This document shows, piece after piece, positions 1-11,923 of a stretch of DNA of 64,000 bases. The translations under genes were made by a program, and so were the position numbers. The notes beneath the pieces are model-generated. The model was not told where the DNA came from, made no database searches, and worked only from the letters and a program-made list of their open reading frames with translations. The stretch comes from Octopus vulgaris (Eukaryota). The stretch's first letter is position 1. Each line of letters starts with the position of its first letter. Location of the stretch: contig OX597830.1 in the NCBI GenBank assembly GCA_951406725.2, positions 50,592,001 through 50,656,000 on the forward strand, written 5' to 3'.

Positions 1-735
1 ATATGAACCACCTTCAATAAATGTAAATAAAAATATCATGAAAAATATTGTACTAAAAGTATTCATATTGTATAAAATGGAACTTCCTCATTGATTGGAG
101 CAAAAATCTGACGGTGCAGAGAATCATATTCGTTGAGACAGCCATTCAAAAACGAGCAGATGTTTCGGAATGCATGAATCAACTGGAAGAAAGCTATTAA
201 ACTATGAAGCTAAAATAATAGAAAGTGATAAATTGGTATCAGATGCCTACGGTTTGGAAACAACTATAAGAAACAAAAGCAATGCTACGTTAGAAATGGA
301 ATGAATGTATTGTTGCCGAATGGATTGAAGATTGCAATCAAAAAGTACTATTCAGGCAGAAGGCTTCAGTATATTTCCAGCCGTGATAAGCACAATGTTA
401 ATCAAACAATCATTGGTGAGGCATTTATTAGAAGCACTGGTTGGTTTTAATTTATTTTGGAATTAAGAATATAGCAACACAATGTAAAGATTTGCGGAAA
501 ATCAGTCACTGATGATAAAGAATCCAGAGCAAAGCATTCTTTTTTTTTTTAATCTAAAAGAAAATAATTACAAGCGAGATGTAGTGATCGGCCGATACGG
601 ACGAAACCGGATAACTGTGGAAAATAATGACATGAAGAAATCTTGAAAAATGTCTCCCAGGTTTTAAGTTTGCAAAGTCCGTGTGATTCTTTTGTTTGGA
701 GAAATTACATAAGATAAAAGCCTATGGTTATTGTC
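1..735 (+). mobile_element. Decayed pogo/Tigger-like DNA transposon, N-terminal part (CENP-B-type HTH and start of DDE domain)
   Basis: Frameshifted translation gives AEWIEDCNQK, STGWF, TDETG*LWKIM, EKCLPGFKFAK and VILLFGE. These match Tigger motifs WIEDQ.QK, ASxGWF, NADETGLFWK and PGFKAxKDRLTLL. Confidence 0.75.
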
Positions 736-741
736 TTTTAT

Positions 742-930
742 CGTTTATCTTATGCTTGTTTCAGTCATTAGACTGCGACCATGCTGGGGCACCGTCACGA
801 AGACTATTTAATCAAATGCTTACTTTTTGTTAAACCTGTTACTTATTCTATCGGTCGCTTTTGCTAAGCTACTGGACGTAAACAGACCAACACCAGTGGT
901 CAAGCAGTGATAGTGGACAAGCACGCACAG

Positions 931-961
<31 letters not shown>

Positions 962-968
962 GAGATGA

Positions 969-1056
<88 letters not shown>

Positions 1057-1165
1057 ATAGACGACGTGTTTCTTTCACTTTCCGTCTACCAAATCCACTC
1101 ACAATGCTTTGACCGGCCTGAAGCTATAGTAGAAGACAGCTGCCCAGGCTGCCACTATGTGGTTA
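742..1165 (-). mobile_element. tRNA-derived SINE family A (CORE-like centre, internal microsatellite), near full length
   Basis: Reverse complement of the 10539-10980 copy, with (CA)n and (TAGA)n at the internal microsatellite position. Confidence 0.8.
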
Positions 1166-1179
1166 GGAAGCCAATTTTG

Positions 1180-1400
1180 GTGGACCAAGAAAAGACCTTG
1201 GGCGTTAAAAATTTCAATTTGCAGAACAGAAATCTCTACGTATTTTTATCCAGTTTCTGAAATATTTTCTGAACGGAGAAACCTTGTATTTAGTGTTCTT
1301 CATTCTAACTTTAGCTGTTTCGGAATCTCATTATCAAATGATGCTGTGAAGATATGGCCGCATTCAAAATGGCTGAAACAAGAGAACACCTTTTAGGCCA
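1180..1400 (+). mobile_element. pogo/Tigger transposase remnant, middle part
   Basis: RPWALK (cf. NPRALK) and FYPVSEIFSERRNLVFSVL (cf. FVPEVKKY..KNLPFKILL); collinear with 1-735. Confidence 0.55.
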
Positions 1401-1429
1401 CATATGACATCATTATTACGTTAAGGTTA

Positions 1430-2500
1430 ATGGCAGCGAGTTGGCAGTATCATTAGCACGCCGGGAAAAAAGCTTAGCGGCATTTCGTCTGTCCTTGCGT
1501 TCTGAGTTCAAATTCCGCCCAGGTTAACTTTGACTTTCATCATTCCGGGTTCGATAAATTAAGTACCAGCTACGCACTGGGGTCGATATAATCGATTTAA
1601 TCCGTTTGTCTGTGCTTGTTTGTCCTCTCTGTGTTTAGCCCCTTGTGGGTAGTAAAGAAATAGGTATTTCGTCTGCAGCTACGTTCTGAGTTCAAATTTC
1701 GCCGAGGTCGACGTTGCTTTCCATCATTCCGGGGTCGATAAATTAAGTACCATCTACGCACTGGGGTCGATGTAATCGACTTAATCCGTTTGTCTGTGCT
1801 TGTTTCTCCTCTCTGTGTGTAGCCCCTTGTGGGTAGTAAAGAAATAGGTATTTCGTCTGCCGCTACGTTTTGAGTTCAAATTCCACCGAGGTCGACTTTG
1901 CCGTTCATCCTTTCGGGGTCGATTAAATAAGTACCAGTTACGCACTGGAGTCAATGTAATCGACTTAATTCGTTTGTCTGACCTTGTTTGTCCTCTCTGT
2001 GTTTAGCCCCTTGTAGGTAGTAAAGAAATAGGTATTTCGTCTGTACCAGTTGTATACTGGGGTGAATCTAATCGAATGGCCTCCTCCCCGAAAATTTTGG
2101 GCCTTGAGCCTAGACCTAGAGAAGAAAAAAGTATACTAAGGCTGAGGTTGCGTGTTAGTAGAATCGTTACCACGACGAACAAAGTGTTAGCGACATTTAT
2201 TCCTACTTTACTTTCTGAGTTCAAATGTTACCGAGGTTGACTTTGTTTTTTATGCTTTCGAGGTCAATGGAATAAGAAACAGTTGAGTAATCGACTTACC
2301 CATCTCGTGAAATTGCTGGCGCTGTGCCAAAATTTGAAGTCATTATTACGTTTAGGCATCTAGCTGGCAGCATCGTTAACGCACTGCACAAAATGCTTAG
2401 CGCCATTTCTTTCGACTGAGCGTTCAGACCCCATCGATGTCGACTTTGCCTTCCTACCGTTCCCTTACATTTGCTGCCCTTACGCCAAAGTCAGAAAGTA
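1430..2500 (+). mobile_element. Cluster and tandem array of SINE family B (Meta-domain-like)
   Basis: Head ggcagcgagttggcag..ttagcacgccggg, B-box-like gagttcaaattcc, and central gcctttcatcctttcggggtcgat.aaataagtaccag. 184-bp units start at 1479, 1663 and 1847, followed by older copies. Confidence 0.85.
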
Positions 2501-3140
2501 TTATTAGAACCAATGGAACAGGAAATAATTGCAACATTTAAAACTTGTGAAAAATGATAATTAAAGGTAATTACACCAACGGGTGTAAGTGTGATTTCTA
2601 TGTTTGACTACTGGAAGGAAAGTCAGGAACACCTGATATTATTTCCCAATGTTGGGAACAAGAAAGACCATGTAGTATGAATGGGCATTTTTATAGTTCC
2701 AATATCAAAGCATTTTTGAAAGAACCTCTTCTCGGGTGCCAGCTAGTTTTGAAGAAATAATCCACCCACATTAAGAAAGAGAAAAAAAAAGTTACTCTAT
2801 GGCTTGGTCGAGTGACATATAGAAGAATTTTTCTTCAGATGACCATTTTTCTTCAGATGACCATTTTTCTTCAGATGAATTTTTCAGATGAATTTTTCTT
2901 CAGATGACCATTTTTCTTCAGATGAACAAGTATTCAAAGACAGAATTAAATAAGATGCTAATAAATAGATGAAAGATTTTTGCAAAGAATATGACAATAT
3001 GTTTAGAAGTTTGGAAACCTTAAAGCAAATTATAAAAACCAATCTCAACTTCAAAAGAATCATGGAACTTTGCTGAGCTTGACAATATTCTTCAGCTTTA
3101 TAAATGTAATCATGAAACTTTGAAGAAAGAGAGCTCGAAG
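2500..3140 (+). mobile_element. pogo/Tigger transposase remnant, C-terminal part
   Basis: LLEPMEQEIIATFKT at ~2502-2546 (cf. LLQPMDQGVIATFKA), then DYWK; collinear with the upstream pieces. Confidence 0.7.
2826..2925. repeat. Minisatellite, ~18-bp unit gaccatttttcttcagat (about 5 imperfect copies)
   Basis: Direct repeats visible in sequence. Confidence 0.85.
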
Positions 3141-3849
3141 TAACTTACTTTATTGAATTGCTTATAAAATAAATTTAATTGTATTTATTTTGTGATGTCA
3201 CCACTTAGAATATACTCTACGTTCCTTTGTATTATAATATAATTAAATTTTTTAACGCAAATATTAAGATTTCGTTTCACAAAATACGATAGATTTAGTT
3301 GCATAATTTATACAGTTAGTAATAAAATTAAATGATATGTTTGAGATAGTGGTCTTTATCGGCATAAATGAAAACATGAAACGGAAACGGTGAAACGGAA
3401 AATATAATTTGTGCACATTCGCGTTCAGCATGTGAGTGGGTTCCTCACTACGATTCGTTAAATTAAAAATTGTAATGAATTTGTTTTGTGAAAATAAAGA
3501 AGTGTTGCTAATTATTAATTTTCTAAATTATATGAATAATAAACTAATATTAATTATTTGTTTTTACACCTGTTATAATTTGCAACGAATTTGCAAACGT
3601 AACGTATAACAAGACATTGTGGGTTTCCTTTCGTCATTTCCCATACATTTTTCATTTCGTTTTGGATTTCATTTCGACAGGTATGGGATAGTTATCTTAA
3701 AGATACCTAGAAAAAAAAAAATATCGAATTAATTCGTTTGTATTGTCTTTTGTATTTAAATCATAACTAAGGTATTCGTTTCCAGAGACATTTGAAGGAA
3801 GTGGAATAATTATGTTGGTAAAAGTGTGTCCTGGTCCTGCAGGTCAACC

Positions 3850-4050
3850 ACCGTAAATAACTTTTTGGTCGAATGAATCGACTTGAGTACTTATTTTTTT
3901 TAAAGCCATGTACCTATTCTATCGCTCTCTTTTTGCCGAACCATCAGGTTATGGGGATGTGAACAAACCAGCACCGGTCGTCAAGCGGTGGAAGGGACAA
4001 ACAAGCAAACAACACACACAGGCACACACATACGACAGGCTTCTTTCAAT
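3850..4050 (-). mobile_element. SINE family A, 3' half fragment
   Basis: tattctatcgctctctttttgccgaac...ggggatgtgaacaaaccagcaccgg matches the reverse complement of 10780-10900. Confidence 0.7.
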
Positions 4051-4121
4051 TATACAGTAAAAGTTATATCATGTCTGGTTGCCGATTTATGATTTGGTAC
4101 ATCTTCAAATAACATGCTGTA

Positions 4122-4604
4122 AGGCGGTGAGTTAGCAGAATCGTTAGCACGCCGGGCGAAATGCTTAGTGGTATTTCGTCTGCCGTTACGTTCTGCGTTC
4201 AAATTCCGCCGAGGTCGACTTTGCCTTTCATCCTTTCGGGGTCAATTAAATAAGTACCAGTTACGCACTGGAGTGAATGTAATCGACTTAATTCGTTTGT
4301 CTGTCTTTGTTTGTCTTCTCTGTATTTAGCCCCTTGTGGGTAGTAAAGAAGTAGGTATTTCGTCTGTACCAGTTGCATACTGGGGTGAATCTAATCGAAT
4401 GGCCTCCTCCCCGCAAATTTTGGGCCTTGAGCCTAGACCTAGAGAAGAAAAAAGTATACTAAGGCTAAGGTTGCGTGTTAGTAGAATCGTTACCGCGACG
4501 AACAAAGTGTTAGTGACATTTATTCCCACTTTACTTTCTGAGTTCAAATGTCACCGAGGTTGACTTTACTTTTTATGCTTTCAAGGTCAATGGAATAAGA
4601 AACA
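4122..4604 (+). mobile_element. SINE family B composite copy; 4170-4604 duplicates 1847-2281
   Basis: Full head aggcggtgagttagcagaatcgttagcacgccggg. Near-identical ORFs 2003..2224 and 4326..4547 show the duplication (offset 2323). Confidence 0.85.
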
Positions 4605-4606
4605 AA

Positions 4607-4649
<43 letters not shown>

Positions 4650-4652
<3 letters not shown>

Positions 4653-4687
4653 TTTATCTAAAAGCAGCAGAAATTCAACAAAATCTG

Positions 4688-4725
<38 letters not shown>

Positions 4726-4939
4726 TTTATTTAAAAGTGGAAAAAAGAGTACTCAAATACCTGAGGTAGAGTAATATTCGTCGGACAGTTTTGTTAAAAC
4801 TGTCCGACGAACGGGAACGTGAAACTCCGAGTAACAGCTTTTGTTATATTTCTGCTGCTTTTAAATAAAGCACATTACTCTACCTCTGGTATTTGAGTAC
4901 TCTTTTTCCCACCTTCTTTCACATTTATGTGCTTACTCC

Positions 4940-4942
<3 letters not shown>
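4650..4942 (+). mobile_element. Penelope-like pseudo-LTR remnant with inverted segments, embedded in (TA)n
   Basis: Inverted pairs 4652-4690/4832-4870 and 4741-4775/4873-4906; contains a hammerhead-like motif. Confidence 0.6.
4796..4842 (+). ncRNA. Type I hammerhead ribozyme-like motif (CCGACGA core variant)
   Basis: ctgt-CCGACGA-acg(ggaa)cgt-GAAA-ctc(c)gag-TA-acag. Stems I, II and III pair, and the cleavage triplet is GUA. Confidence 0.6.
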
Positions 4943-4993
<51 letters not shown>

Positions 4994-6000
4994 AGAGAGC
5001 ATATGGATGGCTGTTTCTTTATGTGTGCATATATGTGGAACGTTGTATGCTGTGTGTATTGTGTGTGATTATGTTTGTATGTGTAGCCTGTTAAAATACT
5101 TTTACATAAAGACGTAGTTACTGTGGTATTTTATTGATCCAAGTAAATCTGATGGCGCTCATCTTATTACGAAGCAGGAGATAACATAAATTACTCCATT
5201 TTCCCATTGTTTTAGAAAATCACGAGTATTCTTAAGTGCAGTATTGTAAAACTGTTTGGGAGAGATACATCTCCCCTGGATATAGCGTTACTCGCTCACA
5301 GATAATTTTGCCAGTACTTTAACAGGCACCAAGCAATATCCTGAAGCTAGGCTAATTAAATGTAAAGTACAATAAATTATGTAGATCAGAAATACAACAC
5401 ACTTCAATTGGATTTGAACTTACGACTTCAGAATTAGTTCATTATTTTATCGACATGGCCTTACTATCGTCACCATTTTAATATGTTTATTCATTAAAGA
5501 AAACAGGGGCACTTTATCAATAATTAAACCAATAGATTGCAATCAAGCATTCTAGAATTGATGGGGAAAAATAGATAAAGGAGGGCTAGACTTACTGATT
5601 GGTGATCGATAACCACAGGTTACACGGTGTATTACCTCATTTATACCGAATAAATAATTCCTACCTAAGTGCAAGTGTGATGTGTGTGTGTGTGTGTCTG
5701 TGTGTGTGTGTGTGTGTGTGTTTATGACAGTTTTAGTTAATAACTGTTGTATCAAAAGAATTTGTCTTGTTATATTGCAACATTTAATTGATTAGTTCGC
5801 ATTAATTCCGATCCATTTAGCGATTCTCTGAAGTGGTACTATTCTGTAAATGAAAACGGTTAACAAATGCAAAACTTGTTCAAACTAACAACTTCTTAAC
5901 TGGTTTGTTCTTCTGCCAAATCGCAATATTTGCTGTGGCGGTTGTAACAAAGTATGTCTTGCAACTGTACGCGAAAGCAAATAGACACGCAAGAGTGGCA

Positions 6001-6044
<44 letters not shown>

Positions 6045-6291
6045 GTGCATGTGTCTGTGTTTGTGCTAATGGGTAACAGAAGCAGTGTGAGAGAGAGAGA
6101 GTAGGTATGCGTGTGTTTCTGAGCGGAATGATGACGAAACTATGAACGATACATAACATGTGTGAGTGTATGCATATGTATGTATGTATGTGCGTGTCTG
6201 TGTGTGCATTGTGTGTGAGCGTGTCTGGGCATATTTGCATGTACGTGTGTGCATGCGTGTGGGTATGTATATATATATATGTATATACATA

Positions 6292-6488
6292 TTCTCCGAG
6301 ATGTACGCGCGTGAGCGGAAAAGACCAACCGGAAGACCTCCACGACGGTGGAGTGACGATTTCAAGAGGACGATTGGGATCACGTGGATGAGAAAGGCGC
6401 GATCCAGAGAGGAGTGGACAGCGTGATGTGACCAACGGTGTCAAATGGACGCCTGACGGACTGGTCGGTCAAAGTGATCAAAGTGATA
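6292..6488 (+). mobile_element. 5'-truncated 3' end of an RTE-type LINE
   Basis: YARERKRPTGRPPRRWSDDFKRTIGITWMRKARSREEW resembles the RTE ORF C-terminus; ends in a short tandem tail (aaagtgatc)x2. Confidence 0.75.
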
Positions 6489-6589
6489 TATACATATATA
6501 AAAGTGTCCATAAGTGTGCGTTAATGATGAATCTAGTAGGGCTGCCTAAATTGTTTTGTTATGTTTCTAATGGAGGTATCTGCGTTGGT

Positions 6590-7150
6590 ATATACCAACG
6601 CTGGCTTCGGAAGATCCTTAACATCAGCTGGGAAGACAGAGGAACAAACGTCAGCGTGCTACAATAAGCAAAAATGACCAGCATCGAACCCTATGTCATC
6701 AAAGGCCAACTAAGATGAGGTGGCCACGTGGTTAGAATGACTGACGAACGACTTCCCAAACAGATCTTCTACTCCCAACTTAAAGACGGCAAGCGTACAA
6801 TAGGAGACCAGAAGAAACGCTACAAGGACTCCCTGAAAACAGACCTCAGAAAGTGTGACATCGACTTCACTAACTGGGAGGAAACGGCAAAAAACAGACC
6901 ACTCTGGAAAACCACCATCCATGAGGTAACGGCGACTTTCGAGTCGAAAAGGTCTGCAGAGCTGGAGGAGAAAAGACGACGACGGAAGGAGCGCCAACAA
7001 CAACCACGTGCGACTCTCCCTTCCGGCACTAGATGTCCGCACTGCGACCGATCTTTTCAAGCAAGAATTGGTCTTATCGGTTACCTACGGACTCACCAGT
7101 AAATTTGCGCGAAGACCATCATCCTGGACCTTGAGGGATTGCCATCATCA
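6590..7150 (+). mobile_element. RTE (BovB-like) LINE 3' fragment with C-terminal zinc finger
   Basis: LRKILNISWEDR.TN..VL, QLR*GGHVVRMTDERLPKQIFYSQL..GKR, and CPHCDRSF..RIGLIGYLRTH; in-frame stops; short 3' UTR ending in catcatca. Confidence 0.9.
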
Positions 7151-7249
7151 ATGGAGGTATCACTCAGTCGTTTATAAACTTTTGAGGAGTTGAAGCTGGT
7201 TATACATGACAATTTCAAAACTATTCTAGCGTGCATATATCTGCTCATA

Positions 7250-8377
7250 TGCATTATGTATGCGTATTAGTTTATGATGAAACCCTTTAGTCCCTGTGTT
7301 CATTTGCAGACAGTTATATTTAGATATGTTAAAATGTGTGACCTATCTAATTTTCAAAGAGGGCAAATTGTTTGAGAGGAAATGGTTGGAGTTTCTGTCG
7401 CTAAAACACCTGAAATTTCTACTGTTTTGAGAGTGTGTAAAATCATACTGGTACTCAAAAGCCAATATTTAACCTGCTCTGGCAATTACCATTTGAGATG
7501 GAAGGCAAAGTTTCCAACGAGAGACTGCAGAATAGTCAAAACATATTATGTCTGAAAACCATCGAACTACGGCAGCAAAAGGAACTGCAGAGCTACACCG
7601 CCATCTTGCTAATCCTGTGTCAGCCCAAATCATTTGTCGTGAGCTCCATAAAACTGGATAATATGGGAAGGCTGTGGCTGTTAAACCTATCATGTCCCCC
7701 TTCCCATGCACATCCATAAGCAGAAAAATGGTGTCATGACTCTCAGAGGTGGTCAATGGCTCAATGCAAACATTATCATCTTCCTTTATGACTTATCGTT
7801 CACTCTACTCGTCTTCCCAATTCAGAGTGAGTTATGTCTGCAGAGACCTTAAGCCCTAACTCTTTTTCGCCCACGGTGAAGCCTGAAGGATATACTGCAA
7901 AGATTTGGACAGTGAAAACATGAAGGTCTCCTAGGACTTTAGTTGTTCTATACGACAGAGTGTTGTCAAAGATTATCTGAGTAGTTTTGATAATTCTGTC
8001 CATACTATGTCACAAACATTAATCAGTGATGTTTGCGCAGGGCGATAATGCACCATTCGCATGGTTAAATAGTTCAGCACTGGTACGAAGTGAAGTTAAT
8101 CCCTAAAGTGAAGTTAATCCCTAAGACTGGCCCCAATAATCAACAGATATCAATATAATCGAACATTTATGGTGCATTGTCATGCAGCGACGGATGACTC
8201 ACTGAAAGAGCTAAAGTAGGTTTTATTCGAAGGGTGTTTCAAAATTCCATCACTTAAATCCTATACGTCTCAATTTCTCAACACATTAAAGATATGATTC
8301 CTCCCCAAGGTGGACCAACTGCATATCAACTGGAAAAAAAATTCCATTTAACAAGATATTTCCATTATTTTGTTTAC

Positions 8378-8378
<1 letters not shown>
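7250..8378 (+). mobile_element. Decayed Tc1-like transposon
   Basis: MCDLSNFQRGQIV from ATG 7334, then RELHK, GDNAP, DWPQ*STDINIIEHLW and QGGPTAY; many frameshifts. Confidence 0.8.
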
Positions 8379-8449
<71 letters not shown>

Positions 8450-8926
8450 TATGTGTGTATATAATAAACGCGTTTATATATGCGCGTGTATACATATAAA
8501 CATATGAATACACATATATACGCATACATCCATGCCTTCATACATACATGCAGACATGCAGACATACACACACACACACACACGCATATATATATATATA
8601 TATATACATATGTATGTATGTATATACGCATGTTTGTTTGAATGTATGTATTCTTATATATGTATAGATCGAAGATTTTATAGACTACAACGCTGAAAAA
8701 TCAGGAAAATACTTCATACATGTTATACATAGATCAATACTTTATTATATTAACCAGGTGATGCCTGATGCCTTGCAATAAATAGCACGACTATTTCAAT
8801 AAATTCTTCTATTTCTTCAAAGGCTTTTGAAGAAATGCGAACGTATTGAAACAATTGAATCATTGTTAGGCGTTATCTATAAATAAAAGTTATAAATGTG
8901 AATATTCATATACATATATATACACA

Positions 8927-8963
<37 letters not shown>

Positions 8964-9337
8964 AATATACTTATGAATATATGCGTATGCGTGTGAATAT
9001 ACTTATGAATATATGCGTATGCGTGTGCGCGTGTGCGTGTAATGAAAAAGAGCGGGAGATAGAGAGAGGGGACATTCAGATATCAGATCTTATATTGTGG
9101 TTACTAATATTGTCTTGCTATAAATGCATTTTTGAAAAAAAAAAAAACTCTTTTGAAAGATGCACATTAGAATATATGGAATACAACTTAGTTGTTAATT
9201 CTACATAAATTTATTATTCGAAATGCAAAATTCTTTGTGTGGAACCTTTGAAAACAATACTCGCCAAACAGATGTTGTTAGGAAAGATTGGTGCTGCTTT
9301 CAATTCGTGAATACGTGAACAAGCAACATATATTTGA

Positions 9338-9423
<86 letters not shown>

Positions 9424-9424
9424 A

Positions 9425-9467
<43 letters not shown>

Positions 9468-9469
9468 AC

Positions 9470-9615
9470 GACGTGTTTCAATTTCCGTCTAACAAACCCA
9501 CTCACAAAGCTTTGGACAGCTCGAGACTATAGTAGAAGCACTTGCCCAAGATAGCACGCAGTGGGACTGAATCGAGAATCATGTGGTTGGGAAGTAAGCA
9601 TCTCACTACACAACC
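9470..9615 (-). mobile_element. SINE family A, 5' half
   Basis: ctatagtagaagcacttgcccaag..cacgcagtgggactgaa matches the family A head and CORE-like region. Confidence 0.75.
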
Positions 9616-9629
9616 GCATATATATATAT

Positions 9630-9891
<262 letters not shown>

Positions 9892-9907
9892 GTAGATAGA
9901 TAGAGCG

Positions 9908-9953
<46 letters not shown>

Positions 9954-10308
9954 TTAGATAGATAGATGGTAAATGAAAGACGGAAGATGGAATATACGAG
10001 AATTTTTATTATTAATCACGACAAGTGTTTCGATACATCTAGCATCGATCCCTGATGGGTTGGGTAAGGCACTTAACAACTGGTTCAGTAGTATCCGGTG
10101 GTGCAGATGACTCTCATCGGGTGATAAATAGATACAGCTCTTTAAAATGACATTTCCGCAAGGCATCTTCTCATTTCGTAGAGAGAAAAGCAGCAAAATT
10201 TAGGAAATATTCTCATTTATATAGAAGATTAAAATAAAATCACAGCTGCAAAAATGAAACACGAACGCACAATGCACTGAGAAAAGTATTAATAATAAAA
10301 GTTAACAG

Positions 10309-10350
<42 letters not shown>

Positions 10351-10538
10351 GCAAGCTGCATGGCGAGTGTATACTCGCTCATACAAGGATCTGCGAAAAT
10401 GTATGCATATACACACTTGTGGTTTGGCGCACTCACGATCACAAAGCGAGTTAAATAGCTACTTGATATTTATAAGAATGGAGAGGTTAAAGCTAAACTT
10501 AATTCATCCATACCTTAAAGTAAATTATTTTAACAGTT

Positions 10539-10735
10539 AGGCGTAGGCGTAGGAGTGGCTGTGTGGTAAGTAGCTTGCTTACGAACCACATGGTTACAGG
10601 TTCAGTCCCACTTCATGGAACCTTGGACAAGTGTCTTCTACTATAGTCTCGAGCCGACCAAAGCCTTGTGAGTGGATTTGGTAGACGGAAACTGAAAGAA
10701 TCCCGTCGTATATATGTATATATATATATATATAT

Positions 10736-10778
<43 letters not shown>

Positions 10779-10980
10779 TGTCTGTGTTCGTCCTCCCAAC
10801 ATCGCTTGACAACCGATGGTGGTGTGTTTACGTACCCGTAACTTAGCGGTTCGCAAAAAGACCGATAGAATAATTACTAGGCTTACAAAGTATAAGTCCT
10901 GGTGTCGATCCGCTTGACCAAAGGCGTTGCTCCAGCATGGCCACTGTCAAATGACTGAAACAAGTAAAAGAGTAAAAGAG
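10539..10980 (+). mobile_element. SINE family A, full length
   Basis: tRNA-like head (gtggctgtgtggtaag...ggttcagtccc), CORE-like ccttggacaagtgtctt, internal (TA)n(TG)n, and 3' tail gactgaaacaagtaaaagagtaaaagag. Confidence 0.85.
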
Positions 10981-11754
10981 TTACTCAAATTCATTCTTAC
11001 TGCATTATGCGAAAGTACATTTATATGCGTGTAGAGATCTTGGGTGTCTTTCAGAAATTCTATTAATGATCTTCTCATTGGTCCACAGAATAGGCAGAGA
11101 TTCCTCGGAGCAGAGTCGGCTTCTCCTGGAAATGATATTGTAGGATTTTACTTGCCTTACTATGGACTAAGTTATGCTGTACTTAATTTTATCTTATTTC
11201 AGTCGCCATACAAAATCGGGCCAATATGTTGAATGTCTCTTATTGATACTTTTGAAGCTGGAGACATGGTTGCGATAACGATTCTTAAGTGAATCAGCCG
11301 TCGGCCTAATGTAAACATACGTACGTTGTGTGCACAGTACATTAATATACATAACTTGTATTCATACAGAGGTTCATCAATGGGCATTTTGAGTTTTTAC
11401 TGCATGCGCATTTATCATATTTATTTGTATATATGGCAGTTCCGACTTCATTTTCTGACGTTGTTACCGTATTAGCTGTATCATAAGCATTTCTCCTGTT
11501 ACAACCTGGCCGTAACTGGTGCTTTTCACACACACACACATACACACACACACACACTCACACACGCATATACACACATATTACATATAAAAGCATACAC
11601 AAATAATTGTTTTGTTTGCTCCGTGTAGGAATTCTTTCATCGTAACTACTACCACTATCGCGCAGCTACAACCTTCGCCACCAGCGCCACCACAGTTACA
11701 TCAGTCACCAATATCACCACAAACACAACCACCACAAATAAAGCACCACAGAGA

Positions 11755-11787
11755 TCGTCATCATCATCATCATTATCATCGTCATCG

Positions 11788-11837
<50 letters not shown>

Positions 11838-11850
11838 GTCATCATCGTCG

Positions 11851-11890
<40 letters not shown>

Positions 11891-11891
11891 T

Positions 11892-11922
<31 letters not shown>
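11755..11922. repeat. (CAT)n microsatellite
   Basis: Direct; source of the poly-His/Asp/Met pseudo-ORFs. Confidence 0.95.

Positions 11923-11923
<1 letters not shown>

Noticed and set aside
1479-2040. Regularly spaced repeats resembling a CRISPR array
   Set aside because: Whole 184-bp units repeat with no unique spacers; eukaryotic SINE sequence with no cas genes.
3340-3700. Loosely inverted gaaacggaaa / tttcatttcg motifs around an AT-rich core (similar case at 39400-39710)
   Set aside because: May be very old MITEs, but too degenerate to define termini or target duplications.
2003-4563. Two near-identical 73-aa ORFs suggesting a duplicated small gene
   Set aside because: Antisense frames through duplicated SINE sequence.
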